A stretch of DNA of 63,959 nucleotides, filler included, from Octopus bimaculoides (lineage: Eukaryota), in assembly GCF_001194135.2 (NCBI RefSeq). It is 9 parts of 9 records of this genome, joined end to end, with 100 filler letters (N's around TTAATTAATTAA, not from the genome) between each part and the next. Parts side by side here need not be neighbours in the genome. Positions count along the whole stretch, not along the records: positions 29,231 to 40,868 come from NC_068991.1; positions 40,969 to 44,596 come from NC_069005.1; positions 44,697 to 47,932 come from NC_069003.1; positions 48,033 to 59,040 come from NC_068992.1; 5 more parts are not named here. One strand, written 5' to 3'. Within the stretch, counting starts at the first letter, position 1. The number at the start of each line of letters is the position of its first letter. This document shows positions 39,626 to 52,619 of the stretch, one piece after another. Both the position numbers and the translations under genes were made by a program. The notes beneath the pieces were generated by a model that had not been told where the DNA came from, did not search any database, and saw nothing but the letters and a program-made list of their open reading frames with translations.

Positions 39626-41091
39626 AGAAAGAAAAAAAAAAAAACAAATCCCCAAGAAGACAGAAGTGTCTGTTCATAAATGATTATGAACAAACTCTCT
39701 AGCTGCACACACACACACAAGCAATTCAATACCAATGCATTAACAAAAAAATGTCTGTTATTAAAAAATACCAACCACCGTCTTAATTCCTATGGCGGAG
39801 AAAGGGAGACAACAACTGACAACAAAAACACCTCAACCCGTATTGGGGCCACTGTTAATTACTGTTAGGTTATAGATAGAAGTCGTCACTACTACTCGCT
39901 AGGTTAAAGGTTTATTATACAACACGAGGAACCCTAACTATTATTACTATAACTACTACTACTGTCCTACCCCCACAATACAAACAAAAATGATTCCTTG
40001 CTACCTCTTATCAACCTAGGGCGACAACCATCACCACCAACAATACAACTACTGTTCCGTCCACTACTGTTTACCTGCCACCGTTTTTATTAACCGGCCA
40101 TCACTAACAGCTAGCAGCAAGCATAAGGACACAAAATACAGCACCATATAATTTTTGTAAGAAAAATATATAAACATCCAGAACTGATATTATGAAAGCT
40201 TAATTTAATTTACTTTAATTTTTCTTTCCATTTTATTCAATCATGAAGAGGTAGTCCTAAACGACCAAAACTGGTACATTTTTTTTTCTATTTTCCACGA
40301 TAGAGCTTTCTAAGCATTTTCGTCTTCAAACTTTTTCAATGAATGAATGAATGCATCCATCAATCTATATATATATATATATTAACAATTTAGGTTAGTT
40401 GAAATATGTTTGTCACACATTTCAACTGCTAAAGGCAAATACACCGCAGTTACTGTGGAGAGAAAAATTCTCTCTTTTGGTAAAAAGGTGTGAAAATATC
40501 CCTGAGAGGGGCAACCCTGAACGAATTGACAAAGCTTATTGTTTTGATATTTTCATCTTTGTATTTGGAAAATCCCCAGCACGTGATATGGCGCACAAGT
40601 AGCACGTGGCACCCCAGGTGACTACCTGTGCTGCAATGCTCAGCATTGTCTACTTTGAGAGCTGAAATTATGTAATAATCTTATCTAAATTAAGCTTTCA
40701 TAATATCAGTTCTGGATGTTTATATAACCTAACAGTAATTAACAGTGGCCCCAATACGGGTTGAGGTGTTTTTGTTGTCAGTTGTTGTCTCCCTTTCTCC
40801 GCCATAGGAATTAAGACGGTGGTTGGTATTTTGTGTCCTTATGCTTGCTGCTAGCTGTTAGTGATGGCNNNNNNNNNNNNNNNNNNNNNNNNNNNNNNNN
40901 NNNNNNNNNNNNTTAATTAATTAANNNNNNNNNNNNNNNNNNNNNNNNNNNNNNNNNNNNNNNNNNNNATATATATATATATATATATACGTATAAATTG
41001 AGGATATATTCATTAAAATGATTATATCAGTGCCTAGCATATAAAAGCCACCATATCGGTAAATTTGGTTTTCAAGTATATAATTATAAAA

Positions 41092-41370
41092 ATATAATTA
41101 TAACTAAGGGCGCTGGAGGGCCAGCGCCAATACGCCTGAAGTAGATGTCAAATGTCTGCAAATCACTCTGAATGCGAGGGAATGGACAAGAAGATTTATG
41201 GAATTTCGGATAAGTCTATATCTTAAGATTTCTTGTTTTCTGTGGGTCTACTTTTACTGAAGAGTGTAAAGTAATTTTCATTACAAAACACGAAATCTTA
41301 AGATACAAAGTTATAAATCTTCTTGCAGACATTTGACATCAACTTCTAGCGCCCTTAATTATAATTATAT
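41092..41370. mobile_element. Foldback MITE with nested inverted repeats
   Basis: Inverted pairs: atataattataactaagggcgct/agcgcccttaattataattatat; gatgtcaaatgtctgcaa/ttgcagacatttgacatc; aagaagatttat/ataaatcttctt; tatcttaagatttc/gaaatcttaagata. Confidence 0.85.
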
Positions 41371-41452
41371 GCTTAATTTATTTTATAATTGTATACTCTT
41401 ATAATTTTTTGTAATTATATACTTTTTTATAATTTTTATAATTATATACTTA

Positions 41453-41506
<54 letters not shown>

Positions 41507-41512
41507 ATTTAG

Positions 41513-41545
<33 letters not shown>

Positions 41546-41590
41546 ATATGTGTGTGTGNNNNNNNNNNCTGAAAATATATATGTCTGTAT

Positions 41591-41651
<61 letters not shown>

Positions 41652-42039
41652 CAGATATTCATTCATGCATACATATATATTTTCAGAACTCATTACTGTG
41701 AATTTATATTTCCATTCAGTTATACAAATATTATTATAAGCATATTCAACAAATTAAAAGTTCATTTGTTATTCTAATATGTTTATTTAAGTTATAGACA
41801 TCAACAAGCAACTAACTTTCTCATTCATTCGAAACTATTATTTCTAATAAGTAACCAAATACTTCAATACGTTTATTTTTAAGTTTGGTATTATTTTCCT
41901 TTAATAATCTGATATTAATTTACAGCAAGCTTATATTACTAAATGCCTTTCATAAAGTCGTCATTAAAACGAAGTACTGGTTCATACTTATTCTTCCATC
42001 TTTCAACTGTGCCAGATGGAAGGACTAAATACCTACTTT

Positions 42040-42432
42040 GTTGTTGTTGTTGTTAGCACTCCGTCGCTTACGACGTCGAGGGTTCCAGTTGATCCGATCA
42101 ACGGAACAGCCTGCTCGTGAAATTAACGTGCAAGTGGCTGAGCACTCCACAGACACGTGTACCCTTAACGTAGTTCTCGGGGATATTCAGCGTGACACAG
42201 TTTGACAAGGCTGACCCTTTGAACCACAGGCACAACAGAAACAGGAAGTAAGAGTGAGAAATAGTTGTGGTGGAAGAGTACAGCAGGGTTCGCCACCATC
42301 CCCTGCCGGAGCCTTGTGGAGCTTTAGGTGTTTTCGCGCAATAAACACTCACAACGCCCGGTCTGGGAATCGAAACCGCGATCCTATGACCGCGAGTCCG
42401 CTGCCCTAACCACTGGGCCATTGCGCCTCCAC
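42040..42432 (-). mobile_element. SINE family B, full length, with (AAC)n tail and 13-bp TSD
   Basis: TSD aaatacctacttt at 42027-42039 and 42433-42445; A and B boxes intact. Confidence 0.95.
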
Positions 42433-42650
42433 AAATACCTACTTTAAGAAAACAACAAACACACACTTTACCATTTGTTGAATACTAAGATTGTTTTAGG
42501 GGTTTTGCCTTATTCGATATCAATCATATAAAATATAGGATGTGCCAGTCTTAGTCATTAATAGACATTTGGAAATAGCCTGTAGGTTTAGGGGGTCATC
42601 AGGGAAGGCTGTGCACTGTTTCAGGGGCTTCCAATCAACAGCTTTATCAT

Positions 42651-42757
42651 TTATCATTTAAGTATATATGAGCCGGTCTAGATATGCAACTATATGCTTG
42701 AGAATATATACATAAAACAAAATGTACAAAATCTGCATGTATACATACATACATACA
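42651..42757 (+). mobile_element. 3' UTR-only copy of the R4/Dong element at 43254-44595
   Basis: tttatcattt...tctagatatgcaactatatgc...aatctgca followed by (CATA)n matches 44455-44560. Confidence 0.8.
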
Positions 42758-42854
42758 AAAATACCCTGTTGTTGAAATTCCAATGAATCAGCCTTGGATC
42801 TAGGTTAGAAACCGGATCTTTCTCTATTGGCAAGAAATCTTGAAATGAAACTGA

Positions 42855-43228
42855 ATAGGCGCAGGCGTGGCTGTGTGGTTCCAGGTTCAGTCCCCCTTGG
42901 ACAAGTGTCTTCTGCTATAGCGTCGGGCCGAGCAAAGCCTTGTGAGTGGATTTAGTAGATGAAAACTAAAAGAAGCCCGTCGTATATGTGTGTATGTGTG
43001 TGTGTATTTGTGTGTGTATGTTTGTATCTGTGTTTGTCCCCCACCATCGCTTGACAACCGATGTTGGTGTGTTTGTGTCCCCGTAAACTTAGCGGTTCGG
43101 CAAAGAGATCGATAGAATAAGTACTAGGCTTACAAAAAGTAATCCTGAGGACGGTTTCTTTGACTAAAGGCGGTACTCCAGCATGGCCGCAGTAAAATGA
43201 CTGAAACAAGTAAAGGAGTAAAAGAATA
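42855..43228 (+). mobile_element. SINE family A with deletions in the head
   Basis: ataggcgcaggcgtggctgtgtgg...ctccagcatggccgcag...gaaacaagtaaa. Confidence 0.88.
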
Positions 43229-43253
43229 ATGACATACCTACCTACATACATAC

Positions 43254-44595
43254 ATTTTTGCAGTGCCAGTACTCATACCAACATTTGGGTTGCTTGACTG
43301 GACGCTTGAGATCCGAGCCATTGATGGGAAAACCCTAAAAATACTAAGAAGCACACATAATTTCCCCCATCAACAGTGACATAGACCGCCACTACTTAAA
43401 ACGAAAACAAGGCGGCAGAGGCTTAGCATCGTTCCAAAATGCCTTTGAATGTCGCATCATATCCTTTCGGCAACATCTTTTAACAACCAAATGTCGAAAT
43501 GAATCCTTTGATCAAGTTTGCATACATGAGGCTGATAACATCATAAGACTTTGAAGGCAGTTCCTTGAGCAACACTGTTTGTCTGATAACCTAGAATGCA
43601 TGAACAAAGAAGTCGCACAACTCTATCGCAACATATCATCAGATGAAAGGATGAGCCTATATGAGCAGAAGGCTATGCTTGGATATGTTTGTAGAAAGCT
43701 TTGTGATGATAATAACATCGATCATCAAAGCAGTTTATCATGGACCAGTAGCAGGATTACTACTTTCCACTTTGATGGGTATGTGTTTGCAATCCAGGAA
43801 AGGAAATATCAACCAAGTACCTGATGCACAAAAGGGATAGAGATGCAGAAAAAACCGTAAAATATGACATCCGATGTAGACTTTGGGGAGTCTGAAGATA
43901 TCATCCACATCATAATCAGTTGTCCAAAAATGTCATCACGGTATTATCTACCGATAAGACATGATGTTGTAGCTAGGATATTCTATAATGAAATCCGTCG
44001 GAAAGATAATCCCGAGAACAAAGAAATAAGAACCCACAATATGGTAGAAGCCATAGGTATTCATAATAAAAAGGAATACTGGTGGAATGTCCCAGTGAAG
44101 ACCTCAATAAAATGTAAGCACAACAGGCCTGATATAATGATATGGGGTGGAGAAGAGAAACTGTATGCAGTTGTGCAAATTTGCTGCCCAGCAGATGTTA
44201 GCATAAAGCTGAAGATCAGTAGAAAAGAGAACGCTTATGCTGAACTATTGAGAAATCTGCAGCTACTCTATCCAGATTACAAGTTCAGGTTTATAACTGT
44301 AATTATTGGGAGCCTGGAATATGTAACACACTGCCTAAATACCAATCTTGAGAAATTAGGCTTCTCAAAACCAAAAGGAAGAAAGCTAATTCGAAGACTA
44401 CAGATCCAATCCATCACTGGAACTGAAAAAAATCTGTAAAACTTTCCAGAAGTTTATCATTTAGACATATATGAGCATGTCTAGATATGCAACTATATGC
44501 ATGAGAATACATACATAAAAGATACAAATCTGCACATACATACATACATACATACATACACACATACATACATACATACATACATGCATACATAC
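43254..44595 (+). mobile_element. R4/Dong-clade LINE, 5'-truncated (RT thumb, CCHC finger, restriction-like endonuclease, 3' UTR, (CATA)n tail)
   Basis: NSDIDRHYLKRKQGGRGL; ESEDIIHIIISCPKMSSRYYLPIRHDVV; HNRPDIMIW; stops and frameshifts. Confidence 0.9.
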
Positions 44596-45056
44596 ANNNN
44601 NNNNNNNNNNNNNNNNNNNNNNNNNNNNNNNNNNNNNNNNTTAATTAATTAANNNNNNNNNNNNNNNNNNNNNNNNNNNNNNNNNNNNNNNNNNNNATAT
44701 ATATATATATATATATACATACATACATACATACACACTACCACCCACACACTGACTATTTACGTACTACTCTCCTGCCTTCAGAAACCACTTTCTCTAT
44801 CTCTTTCTACTTCTGGTACCTCAGGCATGGAACCACACACTTGCTTTTCTCAAACTATTCTTTTCCTTCTCTCTGGACCTCTCCTCTCTTTCTGACGAAG
44901 AGTCATGCTCAAACCTCCCCTCCCCCCACCAAACTTTTTTCTATCTTAAACTGAACGTCAACCTAATACATTCACCGTGCGTGTCATTTTGACTTTTGTT
45001 ATTTGTGTCCTTTATTTATTTATTTTTTAAAATTTCTGTTTGCCTATGTGTATCTA

Positions 45057-45389
45057 TTTAGAAGGTTGTTCATGGTCGGTTAGAGAGTGACCATTGTTTT
45101 CACACCTATGAGGCACTTAGCTGTAAAGGCAACTCATCAGATTCAAGTGAATGGAGTGAAGAGTAAACAAGAGAGTGATACATCAGGGAAATTTCACTGG
45201 AAGTAGCACCAAAATTTGGCACAGAATGCTATAAAAATCCCTAAAACTGCACCCCCTTTTTGTCCCTTTCAAATTGTAACTAGATGCTGCAATAAAATAA
45301 GTCTGACAAGTTGCCTGTACAGGTAAGCACCTTATAGATGTGAAATGAATGGTCACTCTCTGACCAGCCATAACAAACAACCTTCTAAA
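45057..45389. mobile_element. Tc1/mariner-type MITE
   Basis: About 40-bp TIRs tttagaaggttg...gagagtgaccatt; TA on both sides (45055-56, 45390-91). Confidence 0.8.
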
Positions 45390-45856
45390 TATTACTACCC
45401 TAGTGTTTTAGAGTGTGTGTCTTTCTCAGATATATGAACTACTGGCCAATATATGTATGCATATATATAGGGCAAAACGAATAATGCCTCAGACTGGAAT
45501 GAACACGACACAATGAAGTAGAGAAATTTGAAAAGACAACACGAAAGTGGTTATTTCTCAAAATACAATGTTTATATACCAAAAAGATTTTATAACATTT
45601 TTATAACATTTTTCTTACATTTTTCTGACATAATTTAAATATATACTTTAACCATGTAACACAAGCCTTCTGTAGTTTTTTCNNNNNNNNNNNNNNNNNN
45701 NNNNNNNNNNNNNNNNNNNNNNNNNNNNNNNNNNNNNNNNNNNNNNNNNNNNNNNNNNNNNNNNNNNNNNNNNNNNNNNNNNNNNNNNNNNNNNNNNNNN
45801 NNNNNNNNNNNNNNNNNNNNNNNNNNNNNNNNNNNNNNNNNNNNNNNNNNNNNNNN

Positions 45857-45967
45857 CCTAGTACTTACTCTATCGGTCTCTTTTTGCCGAACCGCTAAGT
45901 TACGGGGACATAAACACACCAGCATCGGTTGTCAAGCGATGGTGGGGAGACAAACACAGACACACAA

Positions 45968-45998
<31 letters not shown>

Positions 45999-46156
45999 CG
46001 ATGGGCTTCTTTCAGTTTCCGTCTACCAAATCCACTCACAAGGCTTTGGTCTGCCCGAGGCTATAGTAGAAGACACTTGCCCAAGGTGCCATGCAGTGGG
46101 ACTGAACCCGGAACCATGTGGTTGGTAAGCAAGCTACTTACCACACAGCCACTCCT
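45857..46156 (-). mobile_element. SINE family A (3' end in a gap)
   Basis: Close match to 47065-47370. Confidence 0.9.
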
Positions 46157-46858
46157 ACATATATATATATGTAAGGAGAGAGAGAGATAGAGAGAGAGCA
46201 AAGCCCCATTGTGGATGAAATAAGAATGTAAATGCCATCTTTCTATGCTTTTGATGTAGTGAGGTCTCCTGATGAATTATTTCACAGTTTGTTGACCAGA
46301 GAAGAGGTACCTGGATTCCTACTTTAATTAACAGTACAGCGCATTCAGCTGCAATATATAGAAAGCCGTTAAAAATTAGGCAAGCACTGTGATGGATTCA
46401 TATAAATAGAAATTGTTTAATGTGCATAACTAACACATCATTGAATTTACACATTACTAGCTTATCTGAAACGTGCATAAGCAAATTATGGATTATAAAT
46501 TATGAATTAAAAATAGGTAATTCTTCATTTTTCATTGTGTTCGATACTATATTCTCAAATCTTCAGAAGCAAACTTTGGATTTACTAATCACACAGGAGT
46601 ACAAGTGTAATAGTATGGACTACACACTTTACGGCGATTTAGCTGAGTTGTGTTACTACAGAGTGGTTAAAAAAGTATTTGTATGTATATATGTAAGTAA
46701 TAATTTCTAATTTGGATATAGACCTGTAGTATGCCGTTTAAAGCCTAATCACTGTATTCGGCTACCTGATGTTATCAACAGTATGGATATAAATGCCATT
46801 GGATTTACTTCAGGAATTCCTTCTCTTTCTCTTATATGTATATATATACATATATATA

Positions 46859-46955
46859 TATTCTTTTACTAGTTTCAGTCTATAGATTGTGGCCATGCTG
46901 GGGCACCACCTTGAAGAATGTTAATCACATGAATCGACACCAGTACTTGTTTTTT
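46859..46955 (-). mobile_element. SINE family A, 3' fragment
   Basis: ttcttttactagtttcagtc...ggccatgctggggcaccacc. Confidence 0.7.
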
Positions 46956-46969
46956 GTCTATTATATATA

Positions 46970-47378
46970 TATTCTTTTACTTGTTTCAGTCATTTGATTG
47001 CGGCCATGCTGGAGCCTCGCCTTTAGTCGAATCAAATCGACCCCAGGACTTATTTTTTGTAAGCCTAGTACTTATTCTATCGGTCTCTTTTTGCCAAACC
47101 GCTAAGTTACGGGGACCTAAACATACCAGCATTGGTTGTCAAGCGATGTTGGGGGGACAAACAGATACACAACATATATACACATACATATATATATATA
47201 TATACATATATACGATGGGCTTCTTTCAGTTTCCGTCTACCATATCCACTCACAAGGCTTTGGTCAGCCCGAGGCTATAGTAGAAGACACTTGCCCAAGG
47301 TGCCACACAGTGGAACTGAACCCGGAACCATGTGGTTGGTAAGCAAGCTACTTACCACACAGCCACTCCTGCGCCTAT
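46970..47378 (-). mobile_element. SINE family A, full length (tRNA head, internal (TA)/(CA) microsatellite, 3' body)
   Basis: Minus strand: ataggcgcaggagtggctgtgtgg (box A)...ggttcagttcc (box B)...ccttgggcaagtgtc; ends gaaacaagtaaaagaata. Confidence 0.92.
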
Positions 47379-47871
47379 CTATATATATATAAGAAATAAT
47401 AATTTCTTAAAGTACGTGTTAATCCCTGTGTACCCAGACTTTGTGGACACCCTGTATATATACATATATGCTAATAAACGATGCACAGTACCAAAATTTT
47501 AGACTTGCATCAAATGTAACAAGCTACTCCAAATTTTTGTTAGTGTATCCATGTACATGGAGTCTGGACTGTCTGTCTAGTTTGTAATGGCATCAGGTTG
47601 TATGAGTTGCAATAATGAAGTCAAACCAAATAGTGATATTTTGGAAATCATTTAATATGTGTGTTTCAGGTTTGTGTAATATATAACAGGAAATACTTCC
47701 ATGCATTTACCTATTATATATTATGCAGACCTGAAGCATACATATTGAATGATTTCACAATATCACTGTTTGATTTGCTTTCATTATTCCAACTTATATG
47801 ACTTGATGTCATTACAAAGTAGGCGGTCCAGTCTCCACCTCTAATGGATCAATCATTTGGAGTAGTTTGTT

Positions 47872-47932
<61 letters not shown>

Positions 47933-48330
47933 NNNNNNNNNNNNNNNNNNNNNNNNNNNNNNNNNNNNNNNNNNNNTTAATTAATTAANNNNNNNNNNNN
48001 NNNNNNNNNNNNNNNNNNNNNNNNNNNNNNNNTATATATATGTGTATGTATATAAGTTGTGTAAAGCATTCCCTTTGCCAAGTAAAATGGTGAACTGACA
48101 GAATCAATAACGTGTTAGATATTATATGCATGTATATATTCCTTCTATAACTATACAGACATACATAACGTTGCTCTCAAGGAAATCCACCATGACACAG
48201 AATGGGACGTGGCTGGACCTTTGAATTAACATACAACTTATTTTTAGCAGCCGAGTGGATTGGAGCAAAAATTCATGAGCCGAATATCTTACGCACTATA
48301 CATACATACATACACACACACATACATACA

Positions 48331-48398
<68 letters not shown>

Positions 48399-48648
48399 NN
48401 NNNNNNNNNNNNNNNNNNNNNNNNNNNNNNNNNNNNNNNNNNNNNNNNNNNNNNNNNNNNNNNNNNNNNNNNNNNNNNNNNNNNNNNNNNNNNNNNNNNN
48501 NNNNNNNNNNNNNNNNNNNNNNNNNNNNNNNNNNNNNNNNNNNNNNNNNNNNNNNNNNNNNNNNNNNNNNNNNNNNNNNNNNNNNTGTGTGTATAAGTAT
48601 GTATGTGTGTATAAGTATGTATGTGTGTGTGTGTGTGTGTGTGTATAC

Positions 48649-48680
<32 letters not shown>

Positions 48681-50688
48681 ATACATTTATGTATATATAT
48701 ATATATATATACATAAATGTATGTATATGAATGCATAAATGTGTGCATAAATTTACACATGCGGCATACACACGCGCACAAACAAGCGCGCGCCCACACA
48801 CACACATGCACACATGGATTATATCAAAAAGTTGTTTAGTTTTAAGTGAACTCTGACCCCATAGAGTTGTTGCGTTGTCAATAGTTTTACAACTGTGACA
48901 ATCCTACTTGAAAGATAACGTGGTGCCATTTTGAAAACAATTCTACTTGACAGAAAATCCTACTTGAGAGATAACAAGGTGCGATCTTGCTGGTTTTTAG
49001 CAAATCAAGATACATCGCGAAGTTTTTGTTAACACGCAAAAAAAAAAAAAGGATATATTCGAGCACTCTTTTCACTTAAGTAATCCACTCTGAATTAATA
49101 AGAAACATTTTGACCTTCATATTAGTATACCATGAGTGAGTGGTGGTGTGGTGGTGGTGGGGGTAGGTGACTGGATGAAGATTTGCAGCTGTAGCACATC
49201 TATTCTACTTGCAATGTTTTCTTCTATTCCAAAAAATGCACGTGTCAGAAGCACGGTTAAATAATCCCTCGTCCAAAAATCAATATCGATGATTACCCAT
49301 TGATGAATTTCTTTGAACAGGAAATGAAACTGTTTTATGGTTTTTCAGAGAAAAGTGCATGTCTATGCAGTTCTATAAATACACACACACATGCACACAC
49401 GCACGCACACACACATACACACACACACGTACGTATGCACACGCACGCGTGAACATAGACATACATACACACACACGCACACACACAGACATATATATAC
49501 ACACGAACGTACGCACACATTTAAATTCAAGTATTACAAAATATGACTGTGGCTTAAATATAAACATAAACATATTCAGCGCTAAGGATGTTCGGCAATA
49601 AAAGGGACAGAATCTCCTGAATATCTGTTTTTATTGGTTGTTTGAACATTGACCAAGGATACGTACCTGGTTTACTTCTTAAATAAAGGCATAGTTATGT
49701 GATATAAAATCAGTCATAACTTAGGCTAGCACCGTAGTAGATAGGCTAATTTTCCTATTTGAACATTTGGAAGTTTGTCATTAAAAAAACTATCGATTTT
49801 ATGTATAGCAAAACGTAAATCGGAAGAACTGAAATAATTAAAGCTACAGAAAGCTTCACTGTGTTTTAAATAAGAATGTAAATGCATTCTTTCAATGTTA
49901 TTGATGTTTTGTAATGTTTAAATAAATTTCGGTTCTTCAAAATTACTCTGTGTTCTGCATAAAGCACACACACAGTAAGACACACGCACACATATAATTT
50001 AATATACTGAGGATTTAAATTCGAGCTACTATTAGTTTCATGCTGGTAAAACACACAATTCAGAAAAAGCTTGAACTGCGTTCGATGTATTTTCAGTCAA
50101 TCTTCCAGATTCAAATATGGTCTTTGTAAAAATAAGAAAAAACTCTAGTCTTTGAGATAAAACGAGAAGCGACGAAGTGACGGTAAAATAAAAAGTAATT
50201 AGGATTTGCGTTCCTTTAAGTTCGGATGAGAATTACATTTGTTAGCGTCAATTAACTCAACAGAGATAAGGTCAAAATTTGTGATACTACAAGCTTAATC
50301 CGGACAAGATATAGTTTCCAGTTCAATAAATGAAACTTGTCCAGATGCTTATATCTAACAAAAATTTCACATCTAGAACTTAGACAGAAAGTAAAGTTCT
50401 AAGATCTTTATGTATGTATGTATGTATGTATGTATGTATGTATGTCCTATTTTTTTTAATTATTATAAATCTTCCACTGAGGAGGGAGCCTGTTTCCAAC
50501 AAAGAGACAAGGCTCCATCTTTGGGATGTAGTTAACACAGACAAATTCACATTTGGAGTTTGAGAAAAACCTTGCATTATGTATGTATGTATGTATGTAT
50601 GTATGTATGTATGTATGTATTTATGTATGTACTTATGTATGTATGTATCTCTCTCTCTCTCTCTTCCTCTGTTTCTCTGTCTGTGTGC

Positions 50689-50750
<62 letters not shown>

Positions 50751-50889
50751 AAACATGCATATATATATATATATATATATATATACATGCATACACACAC
50801 ATATATATATACATACAGTCACAAAGGCACACACGCGCGCACACACATACAACCACCAAACCACACGTATATACAGAAAGGTATATATA

Positions 50890-51119
50890 TTTCTTCATTG
50901 CCCACGGTGGGGCTAGAGATAAAGGAGACAAACAAGGACAGACAAAGGGATTAAGTCGATTACATCGACCCCAGTGCGTAGCGGGTACTTATTTAATCGA
51001 CCCCGAAAGGGAAAGGCAAAGCCAACCTCAACAGAATTTGAACTCAGAATGTAACGACAGACGAAATACCGCTAAGCATTTCGCCCGGCGTGCTAATGAT
51101 TCTGCCAGCTCGCCGCCCT
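50890..51119 (-). mobile_element. SINE family C, full length, 11-bp TSD; central domain resembles the Nin/Deu SINE domain
   Basis: TSD aggtatatata at 50879-50889 and 51120-51130; box B gagttcaaattc; cctttcggggtcgattaaataagtacc. Confidence 0.9.
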
Positions 51120-52013
51120 AGGTATATATACATAAAGGTATATATACGCGCGTGTGTGTTTGTGTATGTAAATATACACGTTTATCTTTCCATGTTTGTA
51201 TACGAATCCTCACATATAAAGTTATTTCACTTTCAATGTAAGTATATCTTGTGTCAATGAATTATCCGTAGATATTCATACGAGTGAAAGTTAGTCGTTC
51301 TATTTGATAAATTGATAAGCCATGTCAGAGCTGTTTTATTTCCACAGTTTTATAACAAACATACTTGTATCCTTTCCCTTCTCTCTCTACCATCCAATCT
51401 GTCAGATATATTATGATATGGCTGACAGATTAGAAAGAAAAAAACATGGTAGCTGTGATATTCCGTTCCTAAAATGTTTGATAGAACGTCAAAAAACACC
51501 GTAACAATAATCAAACAAAACGGAAAATAACTAAACTCAAGATGGAACATTTTACAATTTTAGTACGAAGGAATACTGGGGCAACGCAGGAGAACGGTGG
51601 GAGAAAACTGGCTGTTTATTGGCTACCGTATTTCATCTTCTCTGTATATTATAAACGAAATATTTTCGTTTGAAAGATTAGAAACGAGCAAGAATAATGT
51701 CAGTTGTAACTATGAAATCCTTTTTGACAGTGGTCTGATAAAATAATATTTTTCCCATACCTTATCAGAATCGATACAAAAATCTCCGGGAAATGACTGC
51801 AGATGGCGCCAGTATGTCACAACATCTCAAGTCTATATAAAAAGTGACACACACACAGACATTTATACACATACAGGCGCATAGTGATGCACATATCTAC
51901 ACACACAAGCACACGTACACACATACACATACAAAAGACACACACACATTTGTACTCACATACACTCGTGTCGATATATGCATGTATATATGTATCTTTG
52001 TACGTTTGTGTGA

Positions 52014-52071
<58 letters not shown>

Positions 52072-52141
52072 GCACACTCACATTTGCATAGTATAAGTGA
52101 ATGGGTGGGTTCGCACGCGTGTCAGTTCATATATTTAGGTA

Positions 52142-52178
<37 letters not shown>

Positions 52179-52299
52179 TGTTGTATTTCGGGATGGTTGT
52201 TTGTTTGTTTTTGCCAAATAAACACACGCACTATATATTTTTTTCTTTTCTTCACTCCTTTATCACTGTTCTTATTTTATTATTTTAACTCCCGTCCAT

Positions 52300-52345
52300 T
52301 GTCCGGAAATCTTTCGTCACACATCTGTGACCTCTTCAGCAACAC
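52300..52345 (-). ncRNA. Minimal hammerhead ribozyme, partly decayed
   Basis: Minus strand: tgttg CTGAAGA g gtcaca(gatg)tgtgac GAAA gat TTC cggaca. Perfect 6-bp stem II; weak stems I and III. Confidence 0.65.
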
Positions 52346-52415
52346 TTTTCGTTTTCGTGTGTCTTCTTGCCCCACTGACTCCATCCTGTTCTTCAAAGAC
52401 GTGTGCAAGCGCACA

Positions 52416-52616
52416 TAAGGACACGGGCAAAATGCTTACAGGCATTTCGTCTATCTTGATGCTCTGAGTTCAAATGCCGCCGGGGTCGTCTTTTCCTCTC
52501 ATCATTTCGGGGTCGATAAATTAAGCATCAGTTACGCACTGCGGTCGATGTAATCGACTTAACCTTTCCCCCAAAATTTCAGGCCTTGTTTCTAAAGTAG
52601 AAAGGAATATTATTAT
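52416..52616 (+). mobile_element. SINE family C copy
   Basis: gcaaaatgctta...ttcggggtcgataaattaagc...gatgtaatcgactt. Confidence 0.85.
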
Positions 52617-52619
52617 ACT

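Noticed and set aside
44892-44915. CTGACGA-agag-tcatg-ctc-AAAC hammerhead-like string (similar strings at 50477 and 61671)
   Set aside because: Each lacks an essential part (G12, GAAA or U4) and a proper stem I; they may be Penelope relics but cannot be supported individually.
51797-51811. CTCF/YY1-like motif ctgcagatggcgcca
   Set aside because: A single motif match is expected by chance in 64 kb; there is no other evidence.
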